Of a stretch of DNA of 64,000 nucleotides, positions 1 to 13,641 are shown piece after piece. Within the stretch, counting starts at the first letter, position 1, and every line of letters starts with the position of its first letter. Location: NCBI RefSeq assembly GCF_006345805.1, contig NC_042999.1, forward strand, positions 108,252,001 to 108,316,000, in the 5' to 3' direction. Below the pieces are notes generated by a model. That model was not told the origin of the DNA, did no database searches, and saw only the letters and a program-made list of their open reading frames with translations. Made by a program: the position numbers and the translations under genes. The stretch comes from Octopus sinensis. Lineage: Eukaryota.

Positions 1-369
1 TGCCGCAAGTTATCAGTGGTTTTCTAAATAAAATGTGCATGAGGATTGAAAATATTTCATGTCATTAATGAAAATGGAAAATATTTCTACATCTTTTTAA
101 TTTTTTGTTTTGTTTCTTCAGAGTTGCAGCGAAAAGAACAAAAAAAACATAATAGTTACAAACACTGAAATATAAATCATAGCATTAACTAACTGTGAGC
201 ATTCCATTATGATTACAACTATTGTTAACCTTCTCGTTCCAAATCAAAAGCCTCTGAAATTTACCAAATTCTAATGTTACAGTCTAATAAACTTGTCATT
301 AACATAATTATTTACAATTATTTGCTAAAATTTTCTTGAAATGAAATCTTATAAATCAGAAATATATTC

Positions 370-566
370 TTTCCTCTACAGGCACAAGGCCTGAACTTTG
401 AGAGTAGGGAACTAGTTGATTATATTGAGTCCTGTACTCAGCTGGTAACTATTTTATCAATTCTAGAAGGATGAAAGACAAAGTCAACTCAGGATGTAAA
501 GTGAGAAGAAATACTGCTAGACATTTTGTCTGGTGGGCTTAACGATTGTCCTAGCTTGCTGCCTTC
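370..566 (-). mobile_element. Degenerate SINE (family B: 'GGCGGCGAGCTGGCAGAA' head, 'CCTTTCATCCTTTCGGGGTCGATAAA..GTACCAG' core)
   Basis: Reverse complement aligns by eye with better-preserved copies at 43873-44078 and 43032-43245. Confidence 0.65.
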
Positions 567-694
567 ATAAATTAAAAATATATTAATTGTACACAGCATG
601 AATTAAGGTTTGTCATATAAATGCAAGGATAGAAAATTGATGAAATTAGTTGAGAAATGGACAAAATTCTTCACATTATTTAGTTTCTTACCTT

Positions 695-930
695 TTCTAC
701 TCTAGGCACTGGTCCTGAAATTTGGGGGGAGGGGACCAGTCAATAAGATTGACTCCAGTATGCAACTTGTACTTAATTTATCAACCACCTTTACATTCTA
801 AATTCTAACCTTTACATTCTAAATTCAAATTCCACCAAGATCAACTTTGCCTTTCTTCATTCCAGAGTTAATAAAATAAGCACTAGTTAAGTACTGGGGC
901 CAATGTAATCAACTGCTCCCTCCTTAAAAA
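695..930. mobile_element. Two adjacent family-B SINE fragments in opposite orientation (695-785 minus, ~786-930 plus)
   Basis: Both match the 3' half of the 43873-44078 copy; the junction carries a duplicated 'acctttacattctaaattc'. Confidence 0.55.
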
Positions 931-944
931 ATTTCTGTCCAGGT

Positions 945-1140
945 GCTGGTGCCATATAAAAGTACTCCTGCTGGTGCACCCAATACACTCTGTAGAGTAG
1001 TTGACATTAGGAAGGGCATCCAGCTGTAGAAACCATGCTAGAACAGACAATGAAGCCTGGTGCAACCCCCACCCTTACCAGCTCTGGTCAAACCATCCAG
1101 CCCATGCTGGAATAGAAAATGGATGTTAAATAATGACAAT
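945..1140 (+). mobile_element. RTE-LINE 3'-end fragment
   Basis: 'ttaggaagggcatccagctgtagaaac...cccatgctgg...gatgttaaa' matches the reverse complement of the RTE 3' end at 37749-37930. Confidence 0.7.
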
Positions 1141-1717
1141 GTGTCAAAGATGAAAATCATAGCACAAATGCAAAACGTTAGCTAAATGTTTACTTTAGGA
1201 AACGAGCAAAAACAACTTGAACATAGAAGTAGTACAAATGATACTTATTTCTTTTATTTATATATATATATATGTGAATACGTGCTCCTTTATTATTTTG
1301 TTTGTATCTTCCATTACACATGCACCTTGTGTATGTGTGCGGGGGTATGTGCATTAAAAGAAGCAGGATTCAACTCTAATATAAAATTCTTCAATTATTA
1401 TGAACACATTAATAATAATAACAAGCTTTCCTAATAAAACAAAAACTAATGATAAATTTAACAGTAAAAATATGTATATAATAATAAAAGACAATATAAC
1501 AAGCTAAATAGAGATAAAAATAATATAGTTGTTAATAATGATAATGAGAATATAAGCAATAGTAAGAAACATAGTGAAGTATACATAAAGTTATATAATA
1601 TGCCAAAAATGACACCCAACCACAGAATACAGCTTTTAGGGGGCTTGTTCAATGCTCGCCATCTTCAAAAGTGCAGGTGTAAAACTGATAGGGATTGTCA
1701 GTGTCATTAAAGCATTA

Positions 1718-1781
1718 GAATTAGTGCTACCTAAAGACTTAGGCACATGGAATCAGCGCTACCTAAAGACTTGGGCACATG
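1718..1781 (+). repeat. 32-bp tandem duplication (2 copies)
   Basis: gaattagtgctacctaaagacttaggcacatg / gaatcagcgctacctaaagacttgggcacatg. Confidence 0.85.
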
Positions 1782-3994
1782 TGAGGTCATTGGACCTCAC
1801 ATGCTTAAAGATCCATTTCTGATCTATGTATGTTGTAGCTTATTGTCAATAACTATATACTATAAAGTATGTTAAATGTTTTTCTAAGCCAATACCATGT
1901 CCTACTTTGTTAGCAGTACACTTTACATCACTTAAGTTTATTTCTACAGATATTCTATAGAAATTATAGCCAGCACTGATTTTTGTTATGATGTTTCATA
2001 TCCCAGACATCAGCAAATCAAAGCTGACTATAGCACCTATAGAATATCTGTAGAGATAACCGTAACAAGTTATATGGCTCCATTGCGATGTTTTGTCCAT
2101 TACAATGCAGCTAAGATACCCTTGAATGGAATCCCTTTTTTTTTTAAAATACTTTTCATTCACTCCTGATATAAGATTGATTTTAACAAATTGTGCACTT
2201 CCTTAATTTTTCAAAGCTTAGTATGTAATGGTGTACTAACAGAGGTAACAAGGAAAATAACTTTGTTAGAAGCTTTCTATAAAATGTTATACTACTACAA
2301 ATTTCTAGTTCCTGGTCCATGACTTAATGATTTTTCGTGTATTATTATCTTGTAGTATTGGTAAATTGATTTCGTTTTTAGTTAGTCTCATCTTATTTGA
2401 TTGCAATTTTGTTTTCCTTCAGACTGTGGTGAATTGAATCAATTTTGAATTGATCTTTATGATGGCAAACAGAATCAGCTATTCTAGCTCTTAGAATTCA
2501 TGTCAGTTGCATATGCTCTATTATTTTTTCTCCAAACCAAGCATTTTAAATGAAATTTTCTTCAGACATCATATTGAAAGATAACAATTGCAATAACTAT
2601 AACATCCAGTCTATGTAAGATAACATTCTACAGTTAAATAACTATACTGACTGACATAAAAATGAATTAAAATAAATGTAATACATTTATGTTTCGGTTT
2701 ATCAAAGAAGTTAAAATAATATTGGTTTCTTCTAAAACAAGCTGAAACTATATTAAAAGATAAGAATCACGAAATGTTTCTATATTGTTTTATAATGTAA
2801 AATTAGATATTTTATCACCTCTATGCAAATAATTTACTATTTAGTACAAGTGTTAATTATTAATTTTAATAATTTCTTTTTTAAAATTTGCTTTGTAAAT
2901 GAAACGGTGTTAATATCATTCATCACTGTTTTTCTTAAGCTCAGGATAAATATGTACTAAACAGTGGGATAAATGTATGTAAACACCTGATGATCTGGTT
3001 TGATTTATGGTCATGTCCTTTGATGTATTAGTTGAGGTAAATTTATTGACATGTATGATGATAACTAAATAAAGGCGAAAGGAAAGGAATTTATTGATAT
3101 AAAAAAATAGAAAAAATCTTATTGACCACAAATGGAAATATGACAAGAGAAATAGTATTCTTTAACATGGCAACTCTTACATATTCACATCAATCTATCT
3201 ACCTCTTCCCTCTCTCTCTCTCTTTCTCATGTGTATGTATATATATATATATATTCATCAAAGTGAATTATAGATACATTTCAGCCAATCTTACCAGTTT
3301 CACACTGGATAATAGATATCCAAATATGATAATGGCATAGTTAAGTAACATTGCATGCCCTTCAAGGATGGTAGGTGTATGTGTATTGTAACCTTATGAT
3401 AAAATAGTGCTTTTATATTATTCCTTTATTATATAATACCTTTAGTAAATACATCTATTTCAAATCACTCCACTGGTGAAGTGCTTGCACTTCAAGATTT
3501 AACACTAGTTTTTTTATTCTTCACAATGCTATGCTTTTTCTAAGCTGCCACAACTACCTATCACTTGCCTCAATATTAAGTTTCATGTATTTTCTAAGAA
3601 TTTCACATGCAGATTTCAACTCAAGACTACATACATTATCATCACTAGACCTCTACTGATAATTCCATGTATACACAATTTCTTTGGTTGTTTCTTGTCT
3701 GACTTCCATGTGTTTATACTCCCCACTGCAAAGTCACGTTTTAAAGAAAATCTGTTGTAATTTAGACATTGATTTGCATATGTCAGAAACATCTTTTTGT
3801 ACTGTAAATTTTATAAACACAGGTACCAAGATGCCTTGTTCTAATTTATCTGTTAAATGTAATTCCTCTGTCACTTAAATTTACATCTCTTGTTTAGACT
3901 TCTCTGTCACTTGGTATTAGTTTGAATTTCAATGATTGCAAACTTTTATGAAAATAAAGTCTTTTGGCTTGCTGGGTCTTCTCAAGCACAGATT

Positions 3995-4097
3995 AAGATT
4001 GGAGCCTGGTGCAGCCATCTGGTTCACCAGCCCTCAGTCAAATCGTCCAACCCATGCTAGCATAGAAAGCGGATGTTAAACGATGATGATGATGATG
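3995..4097 (+). mobile_element. Short RTE-type 3' terminus with (GAT)n tail
   Basis: 'gtccaacccatgctagcatagaaagcggatgttaaacgatgatgatgatgatg' matches the RTE 3' end. Confidence 0.7.
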
Positions 4098-5849
4098 AAA
4101 GTCCTTATTCAGAAATCTTAGCAATATTCTGCATATAACTGAACCAGACAATAGTGTGAGATCGACTAAGGGCTATAAGTAAATCTATTCAGTGCTACCC
4201 AAAACAAATGCTATATGAAATATGCACAATCTCTCTCTCCTTCCTGCTCTCTTTCTCTCAAGCACAGACACAAATACATTTCAGTACATACTGATATATA
4301 TACCATTTGCTCTAACTCTTTTAAAATATCTTCCACATCCTCCACCTTTTCTTTAATTTTCTTTAAACTTGACAGTTACAGGCTTCTGTCTTTGCACTTA
4401 ATTTCTCTGTATTGAGCCACTGAGGGAATCCCTATGTGACTGATGTGCCAGAAAAAGCTAAATCTCTTTCAAATCACAACCTACCATCTTAGAAAAGCAA
4501 AGAATATATTGGAGAATTCACTTATAAATAGGCATACAGTACTGGATGGGCATGGATGGAATATCTTTAATCATAGGTTTGTTTGATCAATACTGATCTG
4601 ATCTGATACTAAGAGATGACTCCATTTAGATCTCACTCTATTTTCTTGCAGCGGTCTTTCAGTTCCATGACTCTTCCAATACTTTCTGTGAAGGCTTCAT
4701 TTAATACATTGCTTTTCTCTTACTTCTCTTTCCCTTCTCTCCCTCCCCCCTCTCTCTCTCATACACAGATATATAACCTTTCTCTCTATTATCCTGGTCA
4801 TCCTTTATCCCGTTTTCCTAGCCACTCCAGTACAATTTCTTATTTTCTCCTTATATTTCTCTTTGCTGTTGTTATTTTTACTGCTTCTGTTCAGTGGAAG
4901 AGTTCTTTTGTTTTTCTATCTTTTTATAAAGAGTTCATTTATTCAGATCACTCAAACCAATCCACTCCACTCCACTTAATTATTTTTTCAATATTTTAAA
5001 ATCATTTATTAATGATTTTACGTATTTATGTGTCTGGTTTATTATATCTCAAAATCTGTTAAATTGGGGTCTTTTAATCCAAGAGTTTAACTGTATTTAC
5101 ATTTTAGTTTTATTGTAGAAAGATCTGCATAAAATGTTATACAATATGAAAAGTTAGATTTTTCTTTTGTATTAAATTAAAATGTATGAAAATGTTTGAA
5201 AATTTACAATTTTTCCAGTCAGATTATTTTTTGATAAAAGTAACTTTGTAGGAAAGTTTACAAGAAACTCATAATATATGAAAGGGAGAAATTAAAACTT
5301 GATTTGGGAAAAAAATGATTTATTATATCTCTCCTTTTAAAATATTCACTTATTTTGATATATATTTTATTTATTTGTTTTTGTTTTTTGTGAAATTGTC
5401 TTTTATATTAATATTGGCTTCTAGTTAATGTTCTTTTGTCTTATTGCGTTGATTTAATAATAGTATTAACTGAACATAGTGAATTAGAAAATTTTTCAAA
5501 GTTCAGATATGGTTATAAATTATATTTTATTAGTAGTTCTGTAAAAATATAACATTTTAATCAGCCTACCACCAAAGAACAAGTTATTTATTGTACAATA
5601 ACAACACTTGCATGATTCAATTTTAAAAAAACAAAACAAAACAAAGCCAAACTATTTTCAGACTTATTTATTGCATAAAGAAAATACTTCAGAAAACTTT
5701 TCCCTTGAACCAACCTTATTAAAACAAAACAAAAAAGAATCGCATAAAATTTTAAAATCTCTTCAGTTAAGTTACTGTTGGCTTCTATTGGCACCTTTTG
5801 ATTGTCACATAATGAGATTTTTAGTTGATACTGAGATATTCAATTTATA

Positions 5850-6010
5850 GGTGCAAGCAGGGCTGTGTGATTAAGAAGTTTACTTCACAACCATGTGGTT
5901 TCAAGTTCAACCCCATTGTGTGACAAGAATCTTCTATAGCCCTGGACCAACCAAAGCTTTGAGAGCAGATTTGGTAGATGGAAACTGAAAGAAGTTTGTT
6001 GTATATGTGT
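5850..6010 (+). mobile_element. Family-A tRNA-derived SINE, 5' part
   Basis: Matches the head of the 19243 and 51839 copies (ggctgtgtg..aag / gttcaa B-box-like / gatttggtagatggaaactgaaagaag). Confidence 0.7.
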
Positions 6011-6079
6011 GTGAAACGTCAGTCACAATATTTTTGTATAAGAATAATAAGTGTGTGTGTGTGTGTGTGCACACACACA

Positions 6080-6268
6080 CAAAGGGGTGCTGAAAAGTTC
6101 CTGGCTTTGAGCAAAAGGAAGTACATGAGGATCAGTTAATTATGATTTTATTCAACATATCTCCTTCACAGATTCACACACTTATTGCAGCGGTCCTTCG
6201 GTTTCTCCAAGACCTGTAAAAGAACTTAGATGGTTGGGCCTTCAACCAGGCTTTTTGCGATACCCTTG
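6080..6268 (-). mobile_element. Mariner-derived internally deleted element (MITE)
   Basis: Imperfect TIRs (caaaggggtgctgaaaagttcctgg ... ccaggctttttgcgatacccttg) followed by TA; minus strand reads LEKPKDRCNKCVNL*RRYVE*, the mariner transposase C-terminus. Confidence 0.65.
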
Positions 6269-6851
6269 TATATATATCATCATCATCATCATATGATCAT
6301 TTAATGATCATTTAATCATATTACTGGCATAATGAGCAGTAATTTGTCCTATGAAGTTAGCTTCAGCTTAAAGGAATTTGAAGTCAATGTAGTGAAACAC
6401 AAGTCTTCAGAAATAATTCTCCTTATTCTCTTATGCCTCCACAGATAGCATTTCTATGCCTTTTTGTTTTTGTTGTTGTGGCTGTTGTTTCACCAGATCC
6501 AGGAGATTTATGGTAAAAAAGACTTTCCAACTACATCGTTTTTATTATTTTATTTTGTTTGGCAAGATGCATCTAAGTTTACACATCTTTGTATTTCTTT
6601 CCTTTCTAAGGCAGTAGGGTTTGATTTGAGGGTAATTTGATGGTTATTTCTAGAAGTTAAATTGCCATCCCCATATAAGTTCAATACTTTTTGCTTGTAT
6701 TTTGAGTGTCATATCTCTACATCTAGATATGGATCTATAATTTTAAAAAATAAAATAAACTGATAAAATTTTCAACTTCAAAATTTAACTTAAAAAAAAA
6801 GAACTGTTTAAACAACTAGCTCAATAAAATGAACATCCCTATTATCATCAG

Positions 6852-7193
6852 TGAAGGTGCATGGCTCAGTGGTTAGAGCATCGAGCTTACGATCGTGAGG
6901 TTGTGAGCTCAAATCCTGGACCGGGCTGCGTGTTGTGTTCTCGAGCAAGGCACTTTATTTCACGTTGCTCCAGTTCACTCAGCTGTAGAAATGAGTTGCG
7001 ACGTCACTGGTGCCAAGCTGTATCGACCTTTGTCTTTCCTTTGGATAACACTAGTGGCGTGGAGAGGGGAGCCTGGTATGCATGGGCGACTGCTGGCCTT
7101 CCATAAACAATCTTGCCCGGACTTGTGTCTAGGAGGGTAAATTTCTAGGTGCAATCCCATGGTCATTCATGACCGAAGGGGGTCTTTACCCTT
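6852..7193 (+). mobile_element. tRNA-derived SINE (family C, CORE-like central domain), well preserved
   Basis: A box tggctcagtgg, B-box-like gagctcaaatcc, central 'gttgtgttctcgagcaaggcacttt'; CpGs retained. Confidence 0.8.
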
Positions 7194-7560
7194 ATTATCA
7201 TCATTATCATAGTCATCATCATGATGACCATCATCATAATTTCAAGTCTGTTTTTCCATGCCAGCACAGATTGGACAAGTTGTTTTGGACCAAATCAATT
7301 CGTATTCAGAGATACTGCTTTCCTAGATGGAAAACATCTGGGAAACATGTTGAACTTTTGTTTTGCTCCATCTTATAGCATGGCCTATTTTCTACAGCTG
7401 GAGCCTTTCATTGCCAACCACTTTGAAAAGTGTACTAGGTGCAAGATAACCAAACACATAGAAATAAAAAATATGTGCGGAAAAATATTCACTAAGATAT
7501 AAAGAATTCAATTACACAACATGTTTACGCACACACACATAAATAACCTCTATACATTGG

Positions 7561-7960
7561 TGCAGGCATAGCTGCATGGTTTAGATGTTTGCTTTCCAAT
7601 TATTTGGTTTCGGGTTCAGTCCAGCTGTACAGCACTGTGGGCAAGTGTTTTCTCCTATACCAGAGTGAACAAAGCCTTGTGAGTGGGTTCTGTTGATAAA
7701 AACTGAAGGAAGGCTTCTTTGTCTGTGTGTACATCTGTGTTTGTTTATATCTTGCTCTACGGAAGTTGTGATGTATGGGCGGTGTTTGTAGTTCTCTTAT
7801 TAATGAATCATCTGTTTGCTTAATAACTTTGAAGCATTGTGGAAAGAGATCCCTTACCTGAAAATCAATAAAGGTATGTGACAGGAAGAGCAAATGATTG
7901 TGAGACAAATTCTGATAACATTTTCATTTAACTCATGTAAGCATGGTAAAAAGGATATAA
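7561..7960 (+). mobile_element. Family-A SINE with RTE-like tail
   Basis: Family-A head followed by a 'gacaggaagagc...catgtaagcatgg' tail resembling the RTE 3' end. Confidence 0.6.
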
Positions 7961-8230
7961 AACAAAGGAATATACATGCACATAATATATAATGTAACAC
8001 ACATACACGTAAGCAGATAGCTGCTTAACAAGGTGGGGTATATAGTAATCAATGATAAAGTAAATAATATTGTACTGAAGCTGAAGCAATTTCACAAACT
8101 CTTTCTCATAGTTTCACATAACTATTCGCCAGACAGTTGTACGAATTTAAAATAATTCCAAAACTGAATTTTTTTTTAGCTTCAATAATAATATATATTA
8201 TTAATTCTGGTATTATGCAGGGTTTCTCAG

Positions 8231-8233
<3 letters not shown>

Positions 8234-8298
<65 letters not shown>
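8234..8298. repeat. (TA)n microsatellite
   Basis: Direct observation. Confidence 0.95.
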
Positions 8299-8304
<6 letters not shown>

Positions 8305-9397
8305 TTGTAAGATTATGATTATCATGTAAGATTATTATTATTATTTGTAAGATTAAGATTATCATGTGTTGAAACAAATATTGTTACATTTAGAGATATC
8401 GTTATATTTGTGTCTCCTCTTCTCCCTGGTCTTGTCTTCCAGGAAAGAAAGTCATTGAATTGGTTGCACAATGTGTGACAAAAGAACTATGACAAATAAA
8501 CTAATAAATAAACTAATGACAATTTTAGTATATGTACTACCGAAGAAAGTGGACTCTTGCTTCAAAAACAACATATAAGTGTTCAGCTCTTGCTAAACGA
8601 CCTGCACAAATAATTTGATTGTAGTGATCAAGTGTATGTGCTGTATGTTAGCTCACTCTATCAAACTAACATTGCCTAAACTGGTGCACAGTGTACCACA
8701 CATCAGGTATCAAAGTGTTCGCAGAATAGTGTGAGATGAAGTTTTTTGCTCAAGAACACAATGCACTACCTGCTCTCGGAATTGAAACTAGGATCTTGCA
8801 ATCATCGGTGCAACACCCTAGCCACTAGGCCATACATTCTCACAGTAGTAGTAGTAGTAGTAGTAATAATAATAATTCTTTTGTACTATAAGCACAAGGC
8901 CTGGATTAATAATAATAATAAAGCTGAAGTGAAGATCAAATTCATAGTGCATGTTTGTTGGCAGAAAATGACTTTCCCAAATGCAACAGTATATATTTAC
9001 GTACGTATGTATATATATTATCTTACATGTGTATCATGAAAATATAATATACAATATTCCCTTTTTTAACGTTATCATGAGGGTATGCCCTGGCATCTTG
9101 TCACCACCATATTTACCTGTCATTTGGGCACCACTCAAGCCTCCCCTATCCACCCATATTACCACGGATCTTCTCATCATGTTCCTCTTCCTCTCACAAC
9201 TCCTTGCTTGAAATGACCACCCTATCTTTTATCGTCCCTCTCAGTTGAGGAAGATCTCAAGTCTTGCATAATACAAGAGGATCTCACTAGTGCTGGTGTC
9301 AAGAAAAATGTATTTACACTATATATGCATTACATAACATGTATATATAATGTGTATGTGTGTTTGTATGCATGTGTGTGTGCGTGTATATATATAT

Positions 9398-9620
9398 GAG
9401 GACTGCTGTGTTAAGAAGTGTTGATTTAACTGTGGAGGGAACCTGTGGTACAGGTAGACCCAGGAAGATATGGAACAAGGTGGTGAAGCATGATCCTTGA
9501 AAATTGGGTTTCTCAGAGGTAATGACTAATAACTGAAACCTTCGGCAATATGCTGTGCTTGAGAAGACTCGTCAAGTCAAGTGAAGTCGTGGCTGATGCT
9601 GACGTCACATAACTGGCCTG
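9398..9620 (+). mobile_element. Degenerate RTE ORF C-terminal fragment
   Basis: Translates as EDCCVKKC..TVEGTCGTGRPRKIWNKVVKHD, homologous to EGCVKKCRSQTVEGIRRRGRPRKTWDEVVKHD of ORF 38398-39522. Confidence 0.8.
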
Positions 9621-9880
9621 TATGTATGTATGTATGTATGTATGTATGTACATGCACTCATACTTGTGTGTGTTTATATGACGAAAAAGAGAGCCGTATA
9701 TTCCATCATTGAAATGTAAAGAAGGTCATTAGATAGCTTTGGATAAAGAGAGCAGATCGGTGGAATGCAAGCCCAGCGGGGGCTACTGGGTGAGGTGGGT
9801 CTGATGCTGAAAGACCCAGAACTCCCTACAATCCCAGAAACATCTCTGATTTATCCCAGAGCATTCACAAGATTTATCTA

Positions 9881-9933
9881 GCAACTGAAGAGGGTGTCTT
9901 AACTTGGCTTAACATTGAAACTTAAAGTTTTAT
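9881..9933 (+). ncRNA. Degenerate type-I hammerhead ribozyme motif
   Basis: gcaa-CUGAAGA-g-ggug...cauu-GAAAC-uuaaa-GUU-uu; core boxes intact, stems weakened. Confidence 0.4.
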
Positions 9934-10147
9934 GCATACCTATGGTATTATGCATGTATCATGTATGAATGATTATGGTGCTCCTGAAATATCCGTTGAG
10001 ATTAGAATTGACATAATTCCTTTTGTTTTCTTTATTCTGTAATCTGTATTTTGTGTTCCATGTAAGTTCATGCTTTGAGCCTATCTTTATTTGCATGCTT
10101 TGAACCTGTGTTTATTTGCATTTCTTCATATATACATACATACATTG

Positions 10148-10319
10148 CCATGATAGATCGTTATCCACTACACACATTTTTTTCTCTCCTTGTTTTTTCT
10201 GTGTACCTTTCTGTAGAAGAGCGTAGGCTCGAAACGTAAAAGACTTTTTCTATTCCTGAGCGTTATACTAATACATCTGTTTGTTTTGTCTTTTGTTTTT
10301 TGTTTTTTTCATAAACTTT

Positions 10320-10322
<3 letters not shown>
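10148..10322 (+). mobile_element. Short non-coding repeat carrying a hammerhead-like motif (Penelope pLTR / retrozyme-like)
   Basis: Lies between (TACA)/(TA) microsatellites; contains the motif at 10207-10242; boundaries approximate. Confidence 0.45.
10207..10242 (+). ncRNA. Minimal type-I hammerhead-like ribozyme (core variant)
   Basis: cuuu-CUGUAGAA-gagc(guag)gcuc-GAAA-cg-UA-aaag: stem I cuuu/aaag, perfect stem II, GAAACGUA; core A6 replaced by U. Confidence 0.55.
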
Positions 10323-10361
<39 letters not shown>

Positions 10362-10459
10362 GTATGTATGTATGTATAAGCATGGCTTAGTGGTTAGGGC
10401 ATTTGGCTCTTGATTGTAAGGTTGTGAGTTCAATGACGTGCCTGTTCTATATATACAGC

Positions 10460-10790
10460 GAAGGTGTGTAGTTTAGTGGTTAGAGTATTCAGCTCATGAT
10501 CGTAATATCATGAGTTCAATTCCTGGCGATGTGTTGTGTCCTTGAGCAAGACACTTTATTTTCATATTGCTCCAGTCCACTCAGCAGGCAAAAATTAGGT
10601 GTGCCTGAGTTTCAAAGGGCCAGCCTTGTCACGTACTGTGTCATGCTGAATCTCCCAAAGAACTGCATTAAAGTTACTTGTGTCTGTGGAGTGCTCAACT
10701 ACTTGCACATTAATTTCACAAGCAGGCTGTTCTGCTGATCAAATCAACTAGAACCCTTGTCATCATCATAACCGATGGAATGCCAGTTAT
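10460..10790 (+). mobile_element. tRNA-derived SINE (CORE-like), preceded by an extra partial head at ~10380-10435
   Basis: tagtttagtggttag A box, gagttcaattcc B box, gttgtgtccttgagcaagacacttt central motif. Confidence 0.75.
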
Positions 10791-12169
10791 ATATGCACAC
10801 ATACACACACACACCTGTGCAATTTAAAGTATTCATCAATTATAATGAATTTGCCATGGCAAGAAGCCATAAATATGGAATAAACTTATTTTCTTGTTTT
10901 CATTTAATATTCCTGTAGTTGACTAGATGAATCCTGTATAAAATATGTTATAGACCCAAGTTATGCAATTCTCAGAAATAGTTTTAGAAAGTGTCTCAAA
11001 AGCATAAAATCCTTCCAATAATGTCTTAAAGCAGAGTATTTTCTATACCCACTAAGTTTTCATATGGTGTGCTTTATGAAAATAGATATATTCAATAGAT
11101 TTTATAGAATTTCCACCTGATGTAGGCCATAGAGATCAAGCGCATATGAATATAATCAAGAGCAATTTACCAGAAATCAATAGTTATTTTAGTGCTTATG
11201 CTGTATCTGAGCAGGGTTTCACAGCAACCGTTTTTAGAATTTCTTTAGAAATATATCAAATGTACATTTTCTTGTTCAAAGAGTCTGTGATATTTCTTCT
11301 TGTGCTTCCTGTTAAAAATACATAGGTTTTATTTTTATTATTATTTCTTTTCTTTGTATCTTTTCCTTATATCATTAATACTATTATCAGCATGATCATT
11401 GGAATCTGCTGCTGTGTTTGATGAGGTCTACCTTTTACAATCAATTTCTCATCTTCTATTATCATCGCAGCAATATCATAAACAACACCTGATACCTCTG
11501 ATACTCTGCAACATTATCTCATCTCAACCTTGTTCAGATTAACATGGCATTCTCAATATATGATATTTTATGTTCATTCTGTTTCAAGCTTCACTCTTTA
11601 TACATCACTACTAAATATGTTATCCACGCATCTAAATTACACATTATAAAATCCCTTATTTCAAAGTGAGCCATTTCTATTATCATTTCTAAGTTCTTGA
11701 TAGAATAGGAAACATGTTACTCATAACCTTTTATAAGAAATTGATTATGTATCCCTATTTCTCTAATACATCAAGTTTGCCATCTTATATAGCCTCTGAC
11801 TTCACTAGTTCAATCTTAAGAGTTATCTGAATTATTCTAAATGTGTATATGCTTATATACAACAAATGACTGCTAACTTTGAGTCTTTTCCTTTTTCTTT
11901 TATGCTAATGAAACTTTTACATTTAACATTCATAACATGCAAGCCAATCTGTCATCTTTGGGTTCTAATTTAATATTATATATCATATTATATATTGATG
12001 GCCACCGTGAGAAATAAAAAAAACTACAGAAATCTTTTTCTTTTACATTGCCATTGGATATTTGCATCTAATTGTAATTTTCACTTTACTTTATGTATTC
12101 ATGTAGTAAAATGTACAACAAAAGTTTTGTTGGAGTTTAATAAATTTACTGCATAATCTATCATTATCT

Positions 12170-12436
12170 TTTATCTTTTACTTGTTTCAGTCATTAGACT
12201 GCAGCCATGCTGGGGCACCATCTTGGAGAATTTAGAGTCATATGAATTGTCTCCTGTACTTGATTTTTTTTTCCAAAGCTGTTACTTATTCTATCAGTCT
12301 ATTTTGCTGAACCATGTAAGCATACCAATACTTGTTGTCAAGTAGTGGTGGGAAACAAATACAGACACAAAGATGCAACACACACACACACAACAGACTT
12401 TTTTCAATTTCTGTTTACCGAATCTACTTACAAGGC
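12170..12436 (-). mobile_element. Family-A SINE, 3' portion
   Basis: 'ttttacttgtttcagtcattagactgcagccatgctgg' is the reverse complement of the tail at 19615-19657. Confidence 0.75.
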
Positions 12437-12717
12437 TGTGATGCTACTATTACATTTTCTTTGAATCAAGTTTCTAAGTGTTTGGACGTAGGAGTCTAGT
12501 GTTTAGCGCTATTGTATGTGGTATTTTTTTCAGTCACAATCATTGTTGATGCAACAGATAACTTTGTTTAAGATGTGTTTTATATCTGCTTTTCCATGAT
12601 GGAATGGATTAGATAACCTTTCTGTCACCAACCCTTTTAGTTGCTTCTTAAATCATGCAGCAATGTAGAGTATCTATTCTAAAACAAGGATATATATATA
12701 TATATAGATATATATAT

Positions 12718-12721
<4 letters not shown>

Positions 12722-12755
<34 letters not shown>

Positions 12756-12885
12756 ATGGCTGTGTGGTAAGAAGCTTGCTTCCAGGTTCAGTCCAGCCGT
12801 GCGGTAACTTGGCAGCCTTCTACTTTAGCCTCAGGCCAACCAAAGCCTTGTGAGTGGACATGGTAGACAGAAACGGGAAGATGTC

Positions 12886-12975
<90 letters not shown>

Positions 12976-13349
12976 CTTTGTGTCTTTGTTCATCACCTTC
13001 CACCACTTGACAACCATCCCCATAATTTAGTAGTTCAGCAAAAGACACTGATAGAATAAATATTTTAAAAATAGATAATGAACAAGTTCTGGGGTCTATT
13101 TATTTGACTAAAACCTTTCAAGGCAGTGCCCCAGCATAGCTGCAGTGAAATGTCTAAAAGAAGTAAAAGATAAATCACACACACACACACACACACACAC
13201 CACACACACACACTCACACATGGCTGTGTGGTAAGAAGCTTGCTTCCAGGTTCAGTCCAGCCGTGCGGTAACTTGGCAGCCTTCTACTTTAGCCTCAGGC
13301 CAACCAAAGCCTTGTGAGTGGACATGGTAGACAGAAACGGGAAGATGTC

Positions 13350-13441
<92 letters not shown>

Positions 13442-13641
13442 CTTTGTGTCTTTGTTCATCACCTTCCACCACTTGACAACCATCCCCATAATTTAGTAGT
13501 TCAGCAAAAGACACTGATAGAATAAATATTTTAAAAATAGATAAATGAACAAGTTCTGGGGTCTATTTATTTGACTAAAACCTTTCAAGGCAGTGCCCCA
13601 GCATAGCTGCAGTGAAATGTCTAAAAGAAGTAAAAGATAAA

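Noticed and set aside
6852-6925. tRNA-like sequences here and at 10460, 54175 and 63842 as tRNA genes
   Set aside because: They retain A/B boxes but not a full cloverleaf and continue into SINE bodies
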